Assembly: GCA_030248215.1 (NCBI GenBank)
Contig: JASANG010002092.1
Location: forward strand, 124,001 to 188,000
Length of the DNA: 64,000 nucleotides
From: Enoplolaimus lenunculus
Lineage: Eukaryota
Direction of reading: 5' to 3'
Made by a program: the position numbers and the translations under genes. Shown in pieces: positions 1 to 16,017 of the stretch. The notes under the pieces were generated by a model, which saw nothing but the letters and a program-made list of their open reading frames with translations, made no database searches and was not told where the DNA came from. The stretch's first letter is position 1. Each line of letters starts with the position of its first letter.

Positions 1-1683
1 ACACGAAGAAAACCAGGTGTAGCGCTCGTGTCCTGGTCCATGGTGTTTCAAATCGGAGTTCTCGCACTCCCACAATAACCCCAATTGACACCTCTGACTT
101 TTTTCCACCACCCCGCAAACACAAATAATGTACAATTTTTTGAACTTTATACACACATAAACAGTTTAATTTTTGCTCGATTCTGAACGGAGATTCGGCT
201 AAAATTTGTGATTCGGATTCGGATTCGGTTGTGAAAAAGCCGAATCTAACAATGTTCGGCAACATATTTTTTCAATTTTAAACAATAAATATTTTAAATA
301 ACTTTTTATATTAATAAAACAAATTTCTCTTTGAGGTCAGGAATCTCAAAACTGAGATGACGTACGAAAAGTATTAAAAATTTATGCGGCTGGCATTGCG
401 CTGACATTCTGAAACAAATTATAGATATAACTGAAATTTGCAACATGCAAGATTCGGATTCCGATTTGATTTTGGCAAATTTGCAATGAAGTTGGATTGG
501 TTCAAATCGCAGATTCGATGTTACCTTGATGCATGCACTTAAAACACCACAAAATCATATTGGCGCATGCACGAAAAAGCATTTGGGTTCATTTGTCGTA
601 TTGTTCCCCGAAAGAGTCGGAATTTAAATTTTGACCTCCTTCTAATGCAAATCACAACAAGCTCATAAATGAAAAAAATTGAAATGCCACCGTTATTGCC
701 CAAACGCCGACTAAGAACATACCATACGATTCCAGCATTCAACCTGTTACGTAATACTGCAAATGTATTCTAGTGTTTGCGACATGTTTAGTGAAAACCC
801 TATATCATATGCAAGTTTTTCTAACCAGAAAATAGGACATCAGCAATATATACATCACAGTTTACGATCTCCTATTTTTATTAAAACATCAACAAAAGTT
901 TATAATAAAGCATAATCAGTAATACACTTTCAGTTAAACCAATCGTAAACAATACACAAATCAGGCTGAATTTCAAGGTACTCACCGCTGATCTACAGTA
1001 CCTAACCTATAATATTAAAGCTGGAACACGCCACATACGTATTTTGGGCAGCGCTCCCAAGCGGTTGTTTACAAACTTTTACATACGTACGTATGCCAAT
1101 CAATTAAATAGCAAAAATATGACATGGTTTGCATTTATGCGTTGTTAGATCTATGAACCTGATATGCTTCCTTAGATTGTTCTGTATATTTAAGGTTGCA
1201 AATTTGAAACCACGTTGACTAGTACAAATAATACGTCTACTATACGTAATTTGGACATCGTTTCAGCTAATTAAATACCATCTACACAAACTTTATAAGA
1301 ACGTTGCCAGCCACAACGGCTGTATTGTTTCCAAAATGTTGATGCTGCAAATACTGCAAGTTGCAACTGTTTCAGCTAAATTATGACAAAACCTCACAGT
1401 TGATACAATATAAATTTTATACTCGATCAGTATATTATTTCTTTGCTATCTTTGCAGCACAACTGTAGGAAGCGAAATTATAGTTTCCGTCGCTATCCAA
1501 CACTCCAAACAAACATACGACTTATAAGCATCCGAATCAGAATTATATCTTCCCATACGAACCAAAATAGAATTTCTGCCAAAGCAGAAATCACAATTCG
1601 ACATGATTCTCAATGCCGAATTACAAATTTACTGTTTACAAAACTACCAAAACATGTGTTATGCGAATTGTTACCGAAGGCAT

Positions 1684-1838
1684 GGCTCATGTATCGAATA
1701 GGGCCGGAACGTTTACCTACAGGACTGTTACAATGTAAGCTCAAGCTTTAGACTATTTTTTGCTTATAAGTATAAGCTCATCCTTACGCTTAGGGATATG
1801 CTTATACCACTGATCCGGTTCTGTTCTATACATTGGCC
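1684..1838. mobile_element. MITE of the TTAGGC-carrying family (repeat core eroded)
   Basis: GGCTCATGTATCGAATAGGGCCGGA / TCCGGTTCTGTTCTATACATTGGCC termini. Confidence 0.7.
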
Positions 1839-2914
1839 GATGGCATGATCGCCAATGCAAAATCAAACACCGAATTTTTAATCCCAGTAGAACCCTGATA
1901 AATATATAAACATCAATATATATAATTCATATTGTTAATCTTTTAACCTATCGTAAATTTAATTTTAAGCCCCGGTTAGAATACCTGTTCATATATAACG
2001 CACCAGTGCCCAAATAATTAGCACTTACTTTTTGCGTTTAATTTGTTCAATTGATTTCGTCTATTCAGTAAAGAACGATACCGCCTGCCTTTGTCTAAAA
2101 CAGTCACATCAACCGAGTCACCGAAACCAGCCAAACCAGAACGAGGGTTTGTACACTCCAAAATTAACAAGTACAATTTAAGACCCATGTAATGATGAGT
2201 TTCGAATCGTTTTTCCACAGCATTGCTCATACATTTTTCACCTTATATCGAAGTGATTAGTCACGACAACAACTATAACAGACCACAACAATAGTACAGA
2301 ACTAAATAAATTGATCATAACAATTTAACTAATTAATAACCAACACAGTTTAGACTAAACCGCATAATCACAACTGAGTATACAAATCACATATTGTCAT
2401 GTGTTGTGTGGGAATTGACATTGACTCTAATATCTACATAATTAAAGCTGGAATGCTCCATATACGTATTTTCGGCAACGTTCCAGCATTACTTTGTCTA
2501 CAATATTTTTTAAAACAGTAACGTGATTGTTCGGCGAAAAAATTGCCACGCTGACTTTTGTGCATTGAGCAAATCCGGGTGACCAGTTCAAAATGATATC
2601 TAAAGTTGCAACTTTTCATATTTCAAACTAAAATAAGGTTATAAACGCATACGCGTCGCATACATGATTAGGGTAACGTCCACTCAACTATCCACGCTGG
2701 ACAGATATGTAATAATATGTATAAATAACGTTTACAACATTAAACAGCAACGCAACAAAAACAAGAACGAAATAATAAGCAATAGTTTATAATCAATAAC
2801 AAACTGAGGCCATATATTCAAATATGGTTCCCAGTATGGGTAATTTAAGAATTGTACTAGCTAACGCTTAACTAGCTGAAAGCAAATAAGTGAATACCAG
2901 TCGTAGTGGGACTA

Positions 2915-3497
2915 TATTTATTGAGCGAAGCTAAGCTCGAACACACGTAAACAATTAAGGTAATATGCAAATTAGTTATTAGCTAACTATTCATTTATTG
3001 GTTTTGGAGGTTTGTAAGCAATTTCCTCAGATTCCTCGCACCCAAAAACCCTTCAGCCTCCCTAATATTTATTGGAATAATTTAAAAAGTCCTAATTTTG
3101 TCTTGTTATTAAGCTAATATGCAAATTAGCTATTAGCTAACTATTCAATTATCGGTTTTGGAGGTTTGTAAACAATTTATTCAAATTCCTCGCACCTAAA
3201 AACCCTTTAATGCTAAAATTAGATTCCTTCTAACTGTAATAATTAGTGAAATATTGTAGAAAGTCCTAATTTAGGCTTAATTAATTATGCAAATTAGCCT
3301 GTAGCTAATAAACGGCTTAAAATTTTAAAACCCCAATGCGAGGTTAACAACCCAGGATAATTGGCTTTCAAACAAAAAAAGTTTATCAAAATCGGTTCAG
3401 CCGTTCCTGAGATTCTTTTCGGACGGACGGACATCCACCTTTCGACCCCCAAGTACAAAACGTAAAACGCTACACGAAACGCTTCGTTCAATAAATA
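2915..3497. mobile_element. Non-autonomous element with Helitron/Helentron-like internal features
   Basis: 17-bp inverted ends TATTTATTGAGCGAAGC / GCTTCGTTCAATAAATA; internal duplication with ~154-bp period (2961-3053, 3115-3207); AAAATCGGTTCAGCCGTT followed by a (GGAC)n microsatellite. Classification is tentative. Confidence 0.55.
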
Positions 3498-4144
3498 ATC
3501 GGTTTACGGGAAAACTAATATTGCAACAGTTTGGCTAGTCGTAGACCTCTGTACTAATTTGAAAGCTACAATAATCTTGAATTTGTAGTATAAATAATAA
3601 AACATAACAGAAATAGACATTCATTATCTTATATAACAAAGTACTTCACTTTCTGCATAACCTATACTCAATGGACTCACTGACCATCATACCACCGTTG
3701 GAAACACACTCAATACACACATTTCGCCCAAAATGCTTGTGCACGTAACCATCAGCTTGTGGCGCCTACACCTGATTATAATATGACTTGTGTTTCTTAG
3801 AAAACCCACGAACGATGATTATAAATTGCTATCTGTGCCGTATCAAGAGCTTTCCCAACAATGTAAATGGAGCTAAAACAAATTCGATGGGAGCAAACGG
3901 GAATATACTCTTCCAAAGAAAACCAAACTTTGTTGAGCGGGACTGAACGGCCGCAGGTATGCAGAGAACGAACCCGTATTTGTCTTCAAACGAACAGGTA
4001 CATAAAAGTGATTCAACACTGTTCCAAAATGACAAGTTTTAAGGGAGGGACTGAGGTCTTTTTTATTGGCTACGGATCATCGTCGATCATCGACCGCAGC
4101 GTAACAGTCTGATTAGTCAGCGACGACAGGCTTAAACTAGATCG

Positions 4145-7100
4145 CTATTCCGGTCCGCCACGTCTCACCCCTCCAGCCTGCTGTTGCATCTGCCGCATTA
4201 GCGCTTCTGTGTCGAACGCAGGGGCAGAACGATTTGCAATCAAATTTGCACCCGGACCAAATTCGATATACAGAACGGCGGACATAATGATGGCATAGAA
4301 AGCGCCCAAGGCGTACGATCGACGTTGCAAGATTAAAATAAGGCACAGGATTAACCCAGCCGCCGATGTTGTGCGAAGAATGTTTTCTGGTGACGTCCAA
4401 CGGTTGCGTGACAGTTCAGCTTGAGCTGCAAAGACACCAACCAAACCACTCTACTCATAGACCGAAACGTTTGTCACTCAAATTCTCACACAGGCCATAG
4501 ATACTATAGCGTCAGCTTAGGAGTGGTGTGATACTTCTTAATAACTTTAATGTTATCCAACGCCGCCCTTCACTGTGCAGTATCGCACCAGAGGTGACGG
4601 ACGGCGCCTCACCACAAATGTTTTCCAAAGAAAAGGCCAGAAAACAAAAAATTATTATTCTGCGCACATTTCTTTTAAAAGGAGAAGTGCAAAAATATCA
4701 AGCCAAGCACCTGACTTTATAAAGGAGCTAGTTTTAACCGAGCGAAAAAATGAATCAAAATAACTGTGTAGTGCGTGCAAACCAGCATTTTGCCTATTTA
4801 CCGTGCTTATATAAACAAAAATATTTTATGTATATTTAGTTCCTCGCCGTAGAAGCCTAATTAGATAGAAGCATTCACCAACCCGTGTTGTAGCGAAACA
4901 AATTGCGCTGAAACATTCCGAGGTGTCTGGTATCGATATCTGTCAATCTATCTATCTAAGAGCGTAATTATCACTTTAAAACACGTCTCCAGTTAACGCC
5001 TCTGCGGTTAAGCTGTAGAAGAGTTTTAAATTTTAGATCTGTAAACTGATTCTCAAATGTGTGCAGTACCTATTACCTGTTGCGATATGCTTTGTATGTT
5101 TTAGACCCAGTGAACATTCAAGTTTAAAATTTAAAATTTAACACATTTATAACTGTAATCTATCCTGCCACTACATAACACTGCACATATGTAGTTTTCC
5201 CAATTCACTTGTTTCAGAACCTATTCTGAAATGGCGACAGGTGTGGCACATAGTTGAGGGCGTACGGTATTGAATAAAGATCAGCTATATTTTTTCATCT
5301 GATACGACCGCTATTGTAATAAATATGCACTAAAAATTCTTGCATATATTTTCAACAGCAAAATTGCAACCCGCTTTCAATTTATAGGCCATACATATGT
5401 AAAACTGCACCGAACTGGTAACTAAAGCGGATCTAAATATCTGTAATACTTGCAATATTTAAGACTTAGACCTACAGCTCTACATAATTAAGAACGACTT
5501 CTTCGACAATAAGAAGACTCACACCAGTATAAATATAAGCAGAACTAAAAAATGTATAATATACACCGGCCTGTAGCAAGGTCAACCTGCTAGAAATGGC
5601 AAAACAATGTTATGACAGTTATGAAATTGAAATAAGCTTACAAACGGAACCAAAACTTTTCTAGAAGAGCTGAGTTTCCCAGGGGCTCCTTACAACAGAC
5701 CCGAATATACATCCTAATCCCGATGAACCGCAATAGAAAACTCACCAGTTAAATCTACTACACATCGATCGTTTTGCATTTTGTATCCCGGCGCACAATT
5801 GCACGAGTACGACCCAACCGTATTCACACATTCGGTATTTTCTTCCGTGCAAAGACCAGGGTTCGCACATTCATTAATATCTAAAATTCAGCGAAAATAA
5901 CAATAGTACAAGTTACAATTGAACTTTTGCAGAATTAACTACGCTTTCAATAAAAGATATGCTGAAAACTCAATACTTCACATCAAATGGAACAGATACC
6001 GGGTAGCAACAAAGGTTCGGACTCGGAGTCGCAAAAATTTATGGTTCGGATTTGGATTCGGCAAAAATTTGTGGTTACAATTCGGATTCGGTTGTAGAAA
6101 AGCCGAATTCAAAAGCCGAATGCAACAATTTTCGGAAATTTCAGTTTTAAACAATAAAAACTTTAAATAACTTGTTATATTAATAAAAAATTTTCGTTTC
6201 AGGTCACAAATCTCAAAACTGAAGTCGGGTACGAAATAAATTAACGTTTAAACGTTATGCGGCTGGTGTTGCGGTGATATTCTGACACCAATTATAAATG
6301 TAACTGAAATTTGCAACATGCAAAATTCGGATTAGGCAAATTTGCAATGGATTCAGATTCGGTCAAACCGTGAATTCGGTGCCACCTTGACCAGATAGCG
6401 TCTCGCAATAAAAGGTTTTTGCTGGAAATACGAAGAAGCAAGAACTGTTGGAGCTATTAGTTAACAAAATTTATCGAAACATTTACTACGTACGTACTTG
6501 TAACAAACAGTGTTTTAGTTTTAACGACGCAGGGTGCAATCGAAATTCCGATTCCGATTTAAATCTAGCCCCGGTCCGATTGCATGTATAATCAGAATTC
6601 GACACGTATTTTTTCCATCATTTCTAAGCTGTATTATTTGCAAATTATGTGCGAAATTTGCCTGCTGTTCTGTCAATTTTCATAACAACCGGTGTATATG
6701 TCTTATACTTGCAGAAAAATTAACATAGTAAATAGATAACGCACTCTAAAGCCGATATATTGATCTGACGCATACTAATTACATAAAATACAAATCGGTA
6801 TGTAGGAAGTATGTATGTGAAAATTTCTAGTTCAAATTTATATGTATCTAATGAATACATACTACGAACCTATACATCCTTCTCCAGCTGAGAATTCCCA
6901 TCCAGGTTGACAATCATTACAATCTTTAGACGAAAGACCTGTACATCCGCCTTTACACGATTTATCACAACCTAAACAGAGACATTTATTCCAACTAACA
7001 TGCGTTTGCAAGTAACTGCCATAGACTAGGCATTAGACGTGTTTTTGTATTGCAAGATTTTCAGTTCACGGGGCAACCGAAAAGCAAAAATAGCAAAGCC

Positions 7101-9407
7101 GTATGTTTTTAGCCGCAAATAACACTTTAATGTAGATATGTTACAGTTCTCAGCTATATATCTCGCATTCTGGCAATACTGAATTCCAGAGTTGGTGTCG
7201 GATGTACACTATTTTCCTAGCCGAATAACACTATTTTCCTAGCCGAATATCCGGTTGCACTCTGGTGAGGTTAGATTAGACGCTGTCAATTAGAATGATT
7301 TTGAACCACCTCGAGAATGGCTAGCAGTTTTACTGACAAAACAAAAACTCGTGGATATCAAATGCATTCACATATATACATCCGAGATTCTCTATTATTC
7401 AAATCTAACTACCAATATATACATCAATTTTTTAATTGATATGTCCAATACCCTCATTCTTACTTTCACATGTTACATGGGTTGCGTTTTCAGACGTTTT
7501 GAAGTAATTAGTCGTACACTGTCTGCATAGCTTGCCCATGTAACCTTTGTTGCATTTGCACTTCCCTGATCCTGTACGAGTTCCAGCACCCTGTATTGGA
7601 TATGCAAATTGACAAAAACCAACACACGCACTTCACTTTACTCAATATTGTCTTGCTAACCTAACAAACACGGTAAGTTCGAACACTTGGACCTCTGGGA
7701 CAATCCGATACGCGCGGCGGCAGCATTGGAGCTGTCGCTACACTGATGGGAAAGGAACCGGCTACTACAACAACAACACTACACATAAAGAACACCGTTA
7801 TGAAAAATGGTTAATAAGCCTCATGTAAATACATACATATGTGTAAATTATTTATACAGAACACAATTTCAATTTGCAACCGCGCACAGCGTTTGGAAAG
7901 AACCAGATCGTAAATCAAATGTTACTTACATCACACTTTCCATTACCAAAGCACGGCCTCTCAGGCTCAACGCCTAGGCAAGGGTCGCAATTCGGACCCC
8001 AAGTCAGAGCAGGACAACAGACAATCACAGTTTGAATACACAGCCACGCATGCAAGTCTCGGTTGTTTTGTTGCTTGTGAAAGAACCAGTTTTCAATATG
8101 TTCTTCGTGTTCTTCCAAAAATGAATGACACTGAAATCAGTATTGCGACAAAGCATAATTATGAAATACATATGACCTGAATTGCCTAAGTAATGTAAAA
8201 CCTTCTGTCGTCATGCAATATAGTTTTCTTGTATACCTGCTTCTGTATGTTAAAATAGCAGAACGAACAATAAACAACAAAATAAACTTTCTCACCTCAT
8301 GCTCTTCTTCTTTAGTAAAATCAACACCGACTTTCTTGTTGCTACGACATGTCTGTTCCAAAATTTCAACTAAGCGAGTTTCACTTAAATAGGGCAACAA
8401 AATAAAATTAAATACTAAATAAATTGGTAAATCACATGTATAAATACTCCAGAAGTATCCATGATAAATTCTACGGAACACAAATTGCGTTATCTATTCC
8501 AAATTCAAATTCTAACAATACGTATGCTAATAAAAAAGGCTGGGCCGGTAGGTGTAAAAGTCAGAACACCTTACTAAGCTACTCTCGGATGTGAGGGCCA
8601 GGCATCACATTAAAAACTATTAAACCACTGTTGTTAAAAAAGCTTTTCAGTCATAATTCATTTATTATTAGTCATATGTGCTGAAAGGCTGAAATCTGTA
8701 AACATGACATTATCGTAGGCAGGTGGTTCTTTTGGAACCCCGTACCGAGCTGAAAATCATGTTCCCTTGATCGGGCAGCTCGTATATTAACTGAAATATG
8801 CATAGGACGCTCGTTAATTTGGAAAATCTTTACGTTTACCTGGTAGAATATTTTCCTAACTTCTCTGTTTCCCATGCCGTGTTTCCGCCGGCAAAATGGG
8901 CTTTTTCCGTTTTCTTCAAACCCTAAAAAATTAACAACTTGAAGATAGGATCTTAATTCTTCCTATTCACAAGTAAGCTTTGAAAGTGGTTTTAATACAA
9001 GAATTCCGAGCAACGCCTTCTATGCGGGTTAATGTTTCTAGCAGCTGAAACTCAAGTTTGGTTCGAAAATTCACTCGGAGAACGTGCAGCTATAATTTAT
9101 TCATGATAGTTATCACTATAAAAACTTGAAAGTGTAAACTGGGTTCTATTTACTAATAATGGTTTTCAAAACTTTTCATAACTCACTTATTTCGAAATGC
9201 GATACATTCTAATTTGATAAATTATATGATATATCATCTGAATTGTAAATCGAAAAACATATCAAAAAGTACAAGTAATCTTTACAGACTTACTTCCTCA
9301 AATGTTTCAGCAAACTTCTTACATGCATTGCACGGATTCGCTGCATTGGCAATGAAACTGTGTAAAAAGCAAAAATGCAAAACCGCTACAGCAACTAAGA
9401 GATTCAT
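4145..9407 (-). CDS. CRELD: CRELD-family protein (cysteine-rich with EGF-like domains), transmembrane form, ~376 aa, 8 exons
   Basis: Exons 9407-9294, 8922-8840, 8383-8296, 8130-7930, 7590-7464, 6971-6870, 5880-5746, 4425-4145; all GT-AG with consistent phases (1131 nt). Features: signal peptide, CxxC (CNAC), signature FAGGNTAWE...[31 protein letters not shown], an EGF domain, a furin-like repeat ([11 protein letters not shown]), a Ca-binding EGF (DINEC...[10 protein letters not shown]), and two C-terminal hydrophobic segments. Confidence 0.93.
5999..6389. mobile_element. hAT-type MITE with GATTCG repeats in CRELD intron 6
   Basis: Degenerate CAGGGTG-type termini; TSD AACAGATA/ACCAGATA; extended similarity to a second copy at ~175-528. 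Confidence 0.7.
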
Positions 9408-10113
9408 TCGTTTCTGAGCTTCATTCAAACCAGTTTTCAGTACTTTGATTTTTGAAATCAAGTAACAAAAATCAATAATTACTGACGTGTGCACTTTAAT
9501 AGAACCTAGCTACGGATTTAATGATGTTGACGCGTATTGAATTTAACGTAGTTTTTGTTTAATTAATACATAGCTTTTTTATAAACATCAAGCAGCCTAA
9601 AGCTTCTATTAAACTGTAAATTAGAAATTTATAAACTGCCATCGTAGAATCTTGAGATCGGGTTGCAACAGTAGTCGGCTTAAATAAAGCAGAATAAAGA
9701 AGCATTCGATCCCTTCGTTGTTTGGCAAATGTAAAAAAGTTTAGTTTTTGACCTTCCGGTTTGATTTATTTATTATTGTAACCATATTAAGTTCCGTAAA
9801 ATCTAAATTTACTTGAATTATTTTCTATTATTATTTTTAATATTGATTGCTTATTTCAAAAATGGTAAACAGATAGCTAGTATGTTTTATATTCCTAAAC
9901 AAAAATATGTGATTTAGTTTTGAAAACGAAAGTTTGTAGTCTTAATTCTATAGGAAACTTCAAAACTTTGTGTTACCTTGACAATTTATGGTAGAAACAA
10001 GTTTCTTTGGCTAAGTGTTTTTCGCTATGTTGGATTGAAAAATGCTGTTTCATTTTTTAGATGTATATATTGCAGATTCATTTATTTTGTTATAAATATA
10101 ATTAGGTATAATT
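9408..10113. promoter_or_regulatory. Probable bidirectional promoter region between CRELD and NAA10
   Basis: The divergent start codons are ~700 bp apart and no obvious repeat insertion lies between them, unlike the flanking introns. No specific motif identified. Confidence 0.55.
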
Positions 10114-13885
<3,772 letters not shown>

Positions 13886-14247
13886 ATATTTAAGACTGCG
13901 TGGAATTGTCTTGAAACAGTAGTTGTTGCGTCGAACTGGTTTACAGTGTGAATTGGTATGAGAAGGTGTATGTGTGGGAAACATTAACCTGTTGATTATG
14001 CACTTTGAAATTGTACGTGTAATCAATAATTTTTAAATTTGCAAGTGAAATGTTTGAAAATTTTATATTCGAATTGTATTTGGATTAATCAGCTGTTAAT
14101 CCTATGTATGTTATGTGTAGAACAGGTGTCTGAAACAGAGCGCGCATCAAAGCTCAGACGAATGCCTGTTGCGTTGCAACTTTGTTGAGGACATATTTTT
14201 ACCAGTGCGACTTGTATGGTCTTGCAGGATTTTAGCATTGCATTATC

Positions 14248-14741
14248 GGCCCATCTTACTTTAAGGGGTGCCCAAGTTTCTGGTGGGTCCATAAAAGAGT
14301 AGGTTTAGACTCTAGATTACTTTTTGCTTAGACTTAGAAATACGTTTTTGCAACGCTTAGGAATGCGCTTAATCTACTGTTCAGGGTGCAACTAGAAATG
14401 AAAAATACCAGAGCCGGAGGTCAACGAAACTTGCCGGAGCCGAAATTGAGGCGAAATTAGGTAGTGACGATTATGATTAACAGGTTAATTTTAGCCAATA
14501 TGTGTAATATGTTGTTAATTTGTTTGGTTTTACGCTAATTTTCTACGAATTTTTAAAAATTCTTTCCTGAAACTTGTGACAAAAACGTGTTCAAACAGAT
14601 AATTGTACAAAAATGCAAAATTTTACTACCGAAGTTGCCGGAACCTGCGGTACCAGAGCCGGAGGCCAATTTTCTGCTTAGCCGGACGCAGACCTCCGGT
14701 TGTACCCTGCTACTGTTACGCGCCTTAAAGTAACATTGGCC
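14248..14741. mobile_element. Second subfamily of TTAGGC-carrying MITE, interrupted by a hAT MITE
   Basis: TIR GGCCCATCTTACTTTAAGG / CCTTAAAGTAACATTGGCC; related copies at ~16835-16997 and ~23444-23548. Confidence 0.7.
14382..14709. mobile_element. hAT-type MITE
   Basis: CAGGGTGCAAC...GTTGTACCCTG termini; perfect 8-bp TSD CTACTGTT; internal similarity to the copy at 59138-59496. Confidence 0.88.
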
Positions 14742-14896
14742 GCATTATCAGTATATGCGTTTGTTAACCAATAAAAGCTATATTGTTTTCTTTAAATTCA
14801 CGAGCAGATAGAAAGAAATTTGTCTACTCTTGCACCCTGTTTAAACCTCTAAACTTTGAATATATTTTAAATTATTTGCGACACGCTGCCTTCTAA

Positions 14897-15547
14897 TGCG
14901 GGGTTCACGTTAATACTGGTGCAGCATGGCACATGCTTTGTCCCATGTTGATTCCACGTCAACTATAGAATTGGTCGACCATATATAAGGCCAATAGACA
15001 ACCCCAATATCATACCACACTGATGTATTAACCCCTGCTCTCGTGTCAACTAAACATACATGTGGACTAGTGTCATACGACAGAGGACATTAGTGAGTGA
15101 TATTCCCAATTTAGTGCGAATGTATCGCATTCAACAGACAGTTGTATATTGACTCCGCGGCAAACGTTGACTGTCACAAGCTCTTTGTTGGAGTACTAGA
15201 AAGCGCAACATTGAGTTCTTCTCAATAATCAAAATAACGCATTAAATTTTATGCAGAATATATCACACGCTTGAACTTAAGCTCAAATACTAAACGCTTT
15301 TTACACCCGCCACACAATACTTAGATATGTAATACATACGCAGACACCTGTCAAATTGCAATATGGGGTCGACGAAGGGAGTGTGATATGACATCGACAT
15401 ACAAAAATTTTGATCCGGTTATGGTATTAGCAGACAAGTGCGGCTCTTGGAACGCTATATAAGGTTACTCCAGACAAAATGCTACCCAATATTTTGATAG
15501 GGACAAATCGTGTCCAACGCTGCCCCAGTTTTAACGTGAACACCGCA
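14897..15547. mobile_element. PIF/Harbinger-like MITE
   Basis: TIR TGCGGGGTTCACGTTAATACTGG / CCAGTTTTAACGTGAACACCGCA; 3-bp TSD TAA. Confidence 0.8.
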
Positions 15548-16017
15548 TAAACAGCAAACAAGTTTCTGTATCCTGTTCAAATCGGTATACGACATAATCT
15601 GCAAAAAACTTCCGCTCGGTAACTCCTCTTATGCTTTACGCTAGCAGGTGCACATCCGTAAGCCTTAACCTTAAATATGGGTAGGAAAAAATTGGCAACA
15701 GCCAGTGTGTCCGAACCGCATATATGACTTTTAATCATTATATGAAATATTTTGCAAAACGTAAAACGTACAGCTGCTTTCGCTACATCTCAAACTCAGA
15801 GTTTTTATTGAGTTTCTATGTATACATATCGAGATATACCAACACTAAAAATGAGTTTCTACTTGTAGAAAAAATTCTTACGTAAACTCAGCCGAAATTT
15901 AAACTACTGTTGGCACAATATGACAATTTAAAAATGCCCTAAGTGGCTAAATCAACATCACACGTGATTTCTTTCTCCTGAATAGTCTCTACACGGGTCC
16001 ATGCAAAATAATTTACA

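Noticed and set aside
1..2619. Possible gene exons at the window start (ORFs 539-742, 1443-1751, 2018-2230)
   Set aside because: No recognisable motif and no consistent exon chain; a poorly conserved gene cannot be excluded.
5472..5544. Candidate alternative CRELD last exon ending ...NYVEL-stop
   Set aside because: It needs phase 2 but the upstream donor is phase 1; in phase 1 it stops after ~8 codons, and YVEL is a poor retention signal.
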